From Eledone cirrhosa (taxonomy: Eukaryota), in NCBI GenBank assembly GCA_964016885.1, contig OZ024740.1, forward strand, positions 99,324,001 to 99,388,000: DNA of 64,000 nt. The letters are read 5' to 3'. Below, one piece after another: positions 55,357-64,000 of the stretch. The translations under genes were made by a program, and so were the position numbers. Numbering within the stretch: the first letter of the stretch is position 1; every line of letters starts with the position of its first letter. Below the pieces are notes generated by a model. It did no database searches, was not told the origin of the DNA, and worked only from the letters and a program-made list of their open reading frames with translations.

Positions 55357-55468
55357 TAAGAGGAATTCCAACTTTGTCTGATTTACTCGTTTTATTTACA
55401 ATCCTTTAAAATTTATAATGGTATTATAATGAAATAGTATGATAGAATATTAAATTCTAAGTGTTAAT

Positions 55469-55507
55469 TGAACAAGTACTTTCATGCTTTCGCAATCTTC
55501 AGGTTCA
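55469..55507 (-). ncRNA. Minimal type I hammerhead ribozyme
   Basis: Exact reverse complement of 55581-55619. Confidence 0.75.
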
Positions 55508-55580
55508 TAATATGTGGTGACAGTCAAGTTTGCAATTTTCAACAGTTGAAAATTGCAAACTTGACTGTCACCACATATTA

Positions 55581-55619
55581 TGAACCTGAAGATTGCGAAA
55601 GCATGAAAGTACTTGTTCA
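55581..55619 (+). ncRNA. Minimal type I hammerhead ribozyme
   Basis: Stem I TGAAC/GTTCA; CTGAAGA; stem II TGC-GAAA-GCA; GAAA; palindromic helix III AAGTACTT; predicted CUU site. Confidence 0.75.
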
Positions 55620-55802
55620 ATTAACACTTAGAATTTAATATTCTATCATACTATTTCCTTATAATACCATTATAAATTTTCAAGGATTGTAAATAAAACG
55701 AGTAAATCAGACAAAGTTGGAATTCCTCTTATTAATATAATCTTCTATACACAATCATACACACCCGTGTATATTTACCTATCTATCTATATATATATAT
55801 AT

Positions 55803-56786
55803 ATAAATAGCTTAGAGTTTAGACTCAAAGAGGTCATTTACAATCATTTCAGCTCTAGGAATCGCTTCTGAGCAGTATAAATTAATATTTGATGAACATT
55901 TACATGTTTTAGTTGCAATTGACTAATAAGATCGCTAGAGTGAAAAATCTTAATTCAACAACATAAGGTCTGCCTGTACGATCTAGAAAATAATAAATCA
56001 ATACTCACAGACTCATATGGGCAAAAAGCCTTGGTACCTAGACACGTTTAAAATTCAAAATACAAACTTTTTCCGCAGATCGGTCAGAACTTCAAACTTC
56101 AAACATGTTTCACAAAGGATGGTATAATAGTAAAATAATTAACTAATTAGCAGTGAGTTAATCAACTTTTTCTGTGTTTATCAATAGGTACCCAGATAAA
56201 AATAAAATAACCCTACCTCAGAAAAATATCTAAGGTCTGGTTAGCGTAGCGAAAATACACGAGGTTTTGCACACGGCTTATTCCAGTCCTCTAACGTCCC
56301 ACACATAGTGCTAGAAATAACAGCCGTTTATATGGGATTACAAAATTCAGCTCACCTGGGGGAGCAGTGATAAATAGCTTAGAGTTTAGACTCAAAGAGG
56401 TCATTTACAATCATTTCAGCTCTAGGAATCGCTTCTGAGCAGTATAAATTAATATTTGATGAACATTTACATGTTTTAGTTGCAATTGACTAATAAGATC
56501 GCTAGAGTGAAAAACTCACTGCTAATTAGTTAATTATTTTACTATTATACCATCCTTTGTGAAACATGTTTGAAGTTTGAAGTTCTGACCGATCTGCGGA
56601 AAAAGTTTGTATTTTGAATTTTAAACGTGTCTAGGTACCAAGGCTTTTTGCCCATATGAGTCTGTGAGTATTGATTTATTATTTTCTAGATCGTACAGGC
56701 AGACCTTATGTTGTTGAATTAAGATTTTTCACTCTAGCGATCTTATTAGTCAATTGCAACTAAAACATGTAAATGTTCATCAAATA

Positions 56787-56791
<5 letters not shown>
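55803..56791. repeat. Partial tandem (567-bp period) plus inverted segment, bounded by (TA)n
   Basis: 55803-55947 repeats at 56370-56514; 56514-56791 is the reverse complement of 55881-56158. Confidence 0.9.
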
Positions 56792-56820
<29 letters not shown>

Positions 56821-56821
<1 letters not shown>

Positions 56822-57409
56822 TAGCATTAAAGCCCGGCGTTGCTCGGGGTCAGTAAGTTACCAAAGTTAGGTTGCACCACCCATTTTATGGCACCACTAT
56901 TTTGTCTGCCAGGCACTGGGTGAATGAATTGCAGACCTGGACTGCCGAAGCAGGAGCTGCGCCACCAGTTACAATTGTAGTTTCGCCTATGGATATTATC
57001 TCTGTGCAAAGAAGTGTTGAAATTTATTGTTTCACAGTACTTGCGCAACACGCGCGTAGACGATGCCAGCCGAACAACAGAGCTGCGATGGAGTTGTTCT
57101 GCATGGTTGTCTAATGTGTGTTTTCTAAATTTAAAACAGTAGGGAGGGGTGAGATATGGGGGAGAGTTAGCTGCTGTTTCTAGCAGGTTTACTGAACCCA
57201 TAGAGTATATTATTGTGTATAGTAAATAAATTGATACTTCTTTCTTCCACGTTCGTTTAGAGATGTTTTAAAAAAGATTTATCGGTGTTTTTTTGTTGAA
57301 TAAATTTACCTGTTGCTTTTGAATAATTGTTGTTTCGTATGAAATGTAATAATCTTTGTTGTCATTGAAGTAAATAAATGTTTGACCGTTCCACACTCAA
57401 AAACAAACG

Positions 57410-57444
<35 letters not shown>

Positions 57445-57783
57445 TCTCTCTCTCTCTCTCCTCTCTTCGGCGTTCCTAAAGGAAGTTTGTAAGTTTAAGC
57501 GTATATAAGAGAAAGTTGCAGCATGTATGTAGTTTTATCGAATTTTAAGGGGAGTAGAGAGAGGTAAGCAGATTCTATTAGAGGGCTAAAGCGTCATGTA
57601 TTTAGTTTTATCGAATATTTCCGTAATTGTGGGTGAGTTTGAAATAAATAAATAGTCGTTGACCTAAGTTAGACCATTTACAACATTCTTACAGACATTC
57701 AGTCGAATCGGTTTGAAATTGTGCAAATGTATAAAATTGAAACATACATACAGACACAAAAATCTGCCTTTTATAGATAATGA
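56821..57783 (-). mobile_element. Non-autonomous Helitron
   Basis: Minus: a|TCATTATCTATAAAAG 5' end with TGTC/TATG repeats; 3' hairpin CCCGAGCAACGCCGGG + 8 nt + CTAG|t; sits in (TA)n. Confidence 0.8.
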
Positions 57784-58596
57784 TATATATATATATATCC
57801 AAAATTAAGATAAATCAAATGAATTTAATCCAAATCAAAATTATGGGTGTCATGCCAGAAAGAGATGCGCCATATCACCCGCAAAATAAGCTCTAAGATT
57901 CTAACGAGTAGGTCCGAGCATTTTATAATAACTAGAAATTGATTAACATATAAATAAACATGTATAATCACAGGAGATAACTTCTTCCTTGTTGAAAATC
58001 CAAGTATCTACTTCCGTGGTTTACCATCCGATTAATTGGTGAAATATATTTCTTTAATGGAATATATACAGGGAAGATTAATCGTATTATAAGGTATCTA
58101 TTTTTGAAGTTCTGGTCAACTTTATGTACTTACCTACCTAGCTATGTGTGGTTATACACTTGTAAAATTTATTTCCTATGATTATTCATGTTTATTTATA
58201 TGTTAATCAATTTCTAGTTATTATATATATATACACAGTTATGCATAGATATACATGCATTACACACACACACATACATACATACATGCATATACATACA
58301 TACATATATATGCATGTACACATATGTTCGCACACACATGCACCCACATACAACCAATTGTGAGTACACTTAAAACCATGGTGAGTATGTAAGGACATGG
58401 GGGAGTATAACTAAAATAAAATAAAATGAACAGGTGAGGGAGAAAACGGGTGTATAAATTGTGGTGGAAAGTAAATGTTTCTACATAGGTCTGGATAATG
58501 GTATGTGGTTATAAAGTGATCTGGGTAAAAGTAGAGGAGAGAATGAAGGTGGTGGGTGTGTATGTGTTAGAAGTATGGTAGAAAAAAAGGCGGGGG

Positions 58597-60250
58597 TTAA
58601 GTATAAATCAAATGAAATAAATAAATAAACATGAGGGAGAACAATGTATATATTGGTAGAAAGTATGTGTTTATATAATGGACTGGGTAAGATGGAGTGT
58701 TCATAAAGTGATGATATTGGTAGTGAGTGGAAGGGTTAATATGTAAAGAGGAAGCTCTGGGTGGTTGAGTGATCGTTGGTGTATTAATCCAGCTAAAAAG
58801 GAGGTGCGATTTCAGGTGCGGACAACATCTGAAGATCTCGGTCTTAGAATTGAGGCAAGTGGGAGAAGTTTTCAGGTTTTGAAGAATTCTGATTTTTTCC
58901 GTTGTACACAAAGAACATATCTTTGTGCTCCTTAGGTATTCTATTGAGTGGGCTAAAATTGAACAATCAATAGAGTATGGAATGTTTCTGTCTTTAAACT
59001 CCCACACTTTATTTGCCAGTGCCGTTGATGTTCTTTTTTCAGGGTGTTTAAATGAAGCGACTTGTGCATAATACCTGGTTTTAAATCTGTCCTGTGTCAT
59101 GCCAACATATCGCTCGCTTCTGGCTAGCTGGTTATTAATAATCGGTGTCAACTTGGCCTCATATACAATAGATTTGGTGTTACATTTGCCTTGTAATGGG
59201 CATTCTTCAGGTTTCCTGCAGCTGCATCCTGGATTTCCTCTAGCTACATTTGAGTTGGTGATTTTAGTTTTCATTTATGGGCAGCAACAGTAGCTGATTT
59301 TAACTAAATTTCTATTAAATATCTTATTATATCTATGATTTGGGGGGAAATGTTTGGCTAGGAGTTCCAGGAATTTTCTTCCTACGTTAGTTTTAACAGT
59401 TAGAGAGAAAGGAGGTGAAAACCATGTAATTTTTCTTTTCCTGTTATGGTGTTTAGTGTTAGAAATGGGAGTAGGTAAATATTTGATTTCTTCGGTGATG
59501 CCGCTGTTTTTGAGGGCCTTATAAGGAGCAACAGTTTTATTAAAAATATCTAGAGACGAAGATAAGGTAGAGAACCCACAACTAATGATAGGAATAAGGT
59601 GTTTAAAGACTATAGGGTGTTGGCAAGACTCTTTGTGTATATATCTTAAATTTTCATTGGGTTTATGATAGGGTTTAAAAGAGGCAGTAAGTAGGTCAAA
59701 ATTGATATCGAGAAAGTTGGTATTAGTAAGATTCGTATCTATAGTAATTTTTAGGTTTAGGTTAGAAAAGGTATTGATTAACTCTTTACGGAATTTATCA
59801 AGGTTATGGCAGTTGGTGGTATGAGAAACTGCCAAACCATCGTCTCGGTATAAGCCGATATAATGGCAAGGAAATTTCTCTTTAAGGGTGTGGAGGAGGA
59901 ATAAACCTACTAAATTGCACACATCGGCGCTATCATATGAGCCGATCGAGACATCAAAAGAGTTTTCAGGGCTTGATATTTTAACCCAAGTACCTTCTTT
60001 AGCGAAAAGTAGTGTTTTCTTAGCGTGTAAGATGACAACTTCCTCTAATTTGGGAATATTAATGAAAAGTCTATCAAAATCTAAGACTTTAGTTAATAAG
60101 GATTCTGTGATAGAGGGGTAAAAATCAACAATATGGGTAAATCTACATTTATATTTTCCTTGTATATTATTAAACCAAGATATAAGTATTTAACCTTTGG
60201 GATAAGTCAATCTTAGCTCTCATTTAAGTATCATATTTCTTAGGATAACT
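58597..60250 (-). mobile_element. Penelope-like element, 5'-truncated: RT + Cys-rich linker + GIY-YIG endonuclease (Neptune-like)
   Basis: DFYPSI, FDVSIGSYDSADVCNLVGLFLL, GLYRDDGLAV, NFLDINFDL, WFSPPF; one in-frame stop at 59275; CSCRKPEECPLQGKC, SIVY...RYVGMT...FKTRY, CSLCTTEK, LNSKTE. Confidence 0.93.
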
Positions 60251-60262
60251 GTGTGTGTATGT

Positions 60263-60299
<37 letters not shown>

Positions 60300-60306
<7 letters not shown>

Positions 60307-60476
60307 TTTATAAATCTATAATTATAAACTTGTGTATGTGGATCTGTGAGTATAACCTTTTGGAGTCTCCCCGTTTGTGTATATACGCTTACCTTATGTG
60401 TGCGTGTGTGTGCATATATACACCTACCTGCGTGTATAAGCGTATATTGTATGCCTGCCTATATGTATGTACGCGT
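60300..60476 (-). repeat. Microsatellite-like dispersed repeat; inverted copy of ~55120-55300
   Basis: GTGGATCTGTGAGTATAACCTT...CCCCGTTTGTGTAT...CGCTTACCTTAT shared in opposite orientation. Confidence 0.8.
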
Positions 60477-60477
60477 G

Positions 60478-60606
<129 letters not shown>

Positions 60607-60626
60607 CGTGTGTGTGTGTGTGTATG

Positions 60627-60696
<70 letters not shown>

Positions 60697-60727
60697 AAGA
60701 ATCAAAGAACTGTTCAAAACATTATTG

Positions 60728-60774
60728 TGCTTACAGCTGTTTCCTCCAAACCGAGGTTTGGAGTCTTCGGAGCA
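60728..60774 (-). ncRNA. Type I hammerhead ribozyme, U4C core variant
   Basis: Minus: TGCT-CCGAAGA-CTCCAAAC(CTCG)GTTTGGAG-GAAACAGCTGTA-AGCA; palindromic helix III ACAGCTGT; GUA site. Confidence 0.75.
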
Positions 60775-61447
60775 ATTTATTAATGCATGGACAGTTATAT
60801 GACCTCCTTTTCAGCCGAGAGACATACCAATACATATTCAAACATTGATACATATTCAAACATTGTGGGTCAACATTCATTACAGAATTTAGAGTGGCAG
60901 TACACACTTCGAGATTACATTTATATTAATAGGTACAATCAAAAATCAAAGATATAGGTTAAAGTACAACATGAAGATAAGTGGTTATATAGTGCAAATG
61001 TTATATGTGTGGCACGCATGTGCGTCTTGTTTATATAGTGTGGCAGAGAGATATGTGTGGTAGAGGCACTTAGGTAGGTAAATAAGAGTGTTAGGTTGGT
61101 AGATCTGGTGCCACCAGATCTACCAACCTAACACTCTTATTTACCTACCTAAGTGCCTCTACCACACATATCTCTCTGCCACACTATATAAACAAGACGC
61201 ACATGCGTGCCACACATATAACATTTGCACTATATAACCACTTATCTTCATGTTGTACTTTAACCTATATCTTTGATTTTTGATTGTACCTATTAATATA
61301 AATGTAATCTCGAAGTGTGTACTGCCACTCTAAATTCTGTAATGAATGTTGACCCACAATGTTTGAATATGTATCAATGTTTGAATATGTATTGGTATGT
61401 CTCTCGGCTGAAAAGGAGGTCTTATAACTGTCCATGCATTAATAAAT

Positions 61448-61494
61448 TGCTCCGAAGAATCCAAACCTCGGTTTGGAGGAAACAGCTGTAAGCA
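61448..61494 (+). ncRNA. Type I hammerhead ribozyme, U4C variant with a stem II base mismatch
   Basis: TGCT-CCGAAGA-ATCCAAACCTCGGTTTGGAG-GAAACAGCTGTA-AGCA. Confidence 0.7.
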
Positions 61495-61709
61495 CAATAA
61501 TGTTTTGAACAGTTCTTTGATTCTTATATTTCATATAACTGCTCTGTAAATCATCTGATGTTTTTACATTGAGCTACTTAACTTACTGGTAATAAGGTAG
61601 TAATACATTACTGCCTACCACTATTTAGGGTGTGTGTAAAATACTTACAACTGCTTAAGGTTTTGTGTTTACATAACCATAAATAGTATAACTAATACTA
61701 TATATATAT

Positions 61710-61799
<90 letters not shown>

Positions 61800-61981
61800 T
61801 TAATACATTAACAGAGAAAGCCTTAAGCGATACTCTGCCAAACTCCATCTCACTCAACAAACATTAGGATATACCTAAGTATACTCCCAATTTAGTGTTT
61901 GGGGTGCTAACTAATCAGTATTTCGTGGATAGCTGGTTGTATTATTTTATATGAGACATAATTAAATAAATATCTCTTTCT

Positions 61982-62107
61982 ATCCAGACGATCGTTTCGT
62001 TATAAGATTTCTACAATTTGGGATAAATAACGTCCAGGTTATGTAGAAACTTGTATATAATCCATAGTCTTATACACAAGCGGGCTCTTATATACTCATC
62101 AGTGGAT
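61982..62107 (-). ncRNA. Type I hammerhead ribozyme with 97-nt branched domain II
   Basis: Minus: ATCCA-CTGATGA-[G...97 nt...C]-GAAACGATCGTC-TGGAT; canonical core, GUC site, palindromic helix III ACGATCGT. Confidence 0.8.
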
Positions 62108-62394
62108 GCCCAAATAATATGGATATAAAAATTACATCGACATTAATAAATTAGTGATGGATTCCTCCAGCGCTAAAGAGACTGCTATATTCGAAAAGCC
62201 AGCAGTCCTTATAAAGATAAGATACACGCTTCCCCCAAGAGGGTAAAGGGAGGTCATCTTAAAATATAAAACAATATACACGCTGGTCATTTAAACCTGT
62301 TAGGTAATATAGCCACGTGTTTAAGAACTCAATTGGATATTAAAAGAATAAATATATGTATACACGATCGATGCACACACAGACCCCCCCCCCA

Positions 62395-62634
<240 letters not shown>

Positions 62635-62926
62635 AAAACAAATAACGAAACGAAATCAAATTTCGTTTCGTTTGTAACTCACTTTTGTATGACTGACGCT
62701 TAAACAATTAAGTTAAAAATGTACATCTACATATGCATACTGAAATACTAGTATGCATATGAATACACACACGTATACATATGTAGATGTACCAAGTCTT
62801 TCACTGGTTACTTTACTGTGAGTATCCAGCTATTCTGTATGTAAACACACAGACAAACCGGTTTTTAGAGTCATACTGGTTTTTGAGGAAACACCTTTCC
62901 TCTATTCTCCAGAAAGCCAGACAAGG

Positions 62927-62971
62927 AATATTGAACTAGGTTCGTTGTTGTTACAACTCATCAGCAATATT
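62927..62971 (-). ncRNA. Hammerhead, unit 1 (GAAA changed to GAAC, probably impaired)
   Basis: Minus: AATATTG-CTGATGA-GTTGTAACAACAAC-GAACCTAGTT-CAATATT. Confidence 0.65.
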
Positions 62972-63392
62972 TACCTATCTACCGGCCTTTCTGGAGAATC
63001 GTAAAAGCACATATCGTTATGTGCTTTTTCTATGAAAATTAGTAGTGGGCAGACTAATTTGCATAGAGTGTGAGTACGTATCGGTTCAACGGAGACGATA
63101 AAAACAAATAACGAAACAAAATTAAATTTCGTTTCGTTTGTAACTCACTTTTGTATGACTGACGCTTAAACAATTAAGTTATAAATGTACATCTACATAT
63201 GCATACTGAAATACTAGTATGCATATGAATACACACACGTATACATATGTAGATGTACCAAGTCTTTCACTGGTTACTTTACTGTGAGTATCCAGCTATT
63301 CTGTATGTAAACACACAGACAAACCGGTTTTTAGAGTCATACTGGTTTTTGAGGAAACACCTTTCCTCTATTCTCCAGAAAGCCAGACAAGG

Positions 63393-63437
63393 AATATTGA
63401 ACTAGTTTCGTTGTTGTTACAACTCATCAGCAATATT
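63393..63437 (-). ncRNA. Hammerhead, unit 2 (intact type I)
   Basis: Minus: AATATTG-CTGATGA-GTTG(TAACAA)CAAC-GAAACTAGTT-CAATATT; 7-bp stem I, 4-bp stem II, palindromic helix III AACTAGTT, GUU site. Confidence 0.88.
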
Positions 63438-63858
63438 TACCTATCTACCGGCCTTTCTGGAGAATCGTAAAAGCACATATCGTTATATGCTTTTTCTATG
63501 AAAATTAGTAGTGGGCAGACTAATTTGCATAGAGTGTGAGTACGTACCGGTTCAACGGAGACGATAAAAACAAATAACGAAACGAAATCAAATTTCGTTT
63601 CGTTTGTAACTCACTTTTGTATGACTGACGCTTAAACAATTAAGTTAAAAATGTACATCTACATATGCATACTGAAATACTAGTATGCATATGAATACAC
63701 ACACGTATACATATGTAGATGTACCAAGTCTTTCACTGGTTACTTTACTGTGAGTATCCAGCTATTCTGTATGTAAACACACAGACAAACCGGTTTTTAG
63801 AGTCATACTGGTTTTTGAGGAAACACCTTTCCTCTATTCTTCAGAAAGCCAGACAAGG

Positions 63859-63903
63859 AATATTGAACTAGTTTCGTAGTTGTTACAACTCATCAGCAAT
63901 ATT
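63859..63903 (-). ncRNA. Hammerhead, unit 3 (intact core, one stem II mismatch)
   Basis: Minus: AATATTG-CTGATGA-GTTGTAACAACTAC-GAAACTAGTT-CAATATT. Confidence 0.82.
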
Positions 63904-64000
63904 TACCTATCTACCGGCCTTTCTGGAGAATCGTAAAAGCACATATCGTTATATGCTTTTTCTATGAAAATTAGTAGTGGGCAGACTAATTTGCATAGAG

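Larger units (their letters stand above)
55351..55737. repeat. Near-perfect palindrome (193-bp arms, 1-nt spacer at 55544), inverted pLTR-like
   Basis: Arm-by-arm complementarity; contains two hammerheads; flanked by (TA)n. Confidence 0.92.
60685..61537. repeat. Near-perfect palindrome (426-bp arms, 1-nt spacer at 61111), inverted pLTR-like
   Basis: Only two arm mismatches noticed; one hammerhead per arm. Confidence 0.95.

Overview
AT-rich, microsatellite-laden animal DNA, almost entirely repeat-derived; the SINE/LINE repertoire suggests an octopus or other coleoid cephalopod (inference). No host protein-coding gene is recognisable; the real ORFs are broken retrotransposon fragments. Content: many RTE-clade LINE copies (best preserved at 2067-4310, 21011-23809, 49405-50945, 53201-54573), R4/Dong-like RLE LINEs mostly tied to (TAA)n, an L1/Tx1-like relic, two tRNA-derived SINE families (CORE-type with an RTE tail; Meta-domain type), non-autonomous Helitrons and a 5'-truncated Penelope-like element (RT + GIY-YIG, 58597-60250, minus). 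The notable signal is a dense cluster of hammerhead ribozyme motifs in the last ~9 kb: back-to-back hammerheads in near-perfect palindromes (55351-55737, 60685-61537), a canonical hammerhead with a 97-nt branched domain II (61982-62107), and a 466-bp tandem array (62632 to window end) whose hairpin-rich monomer carries one hammerhead, i.e. a retrozyme-like candidate circular-RNA system beside a Penelope element. All structures were read by eye; boundaries of degenerate elements are approximate.
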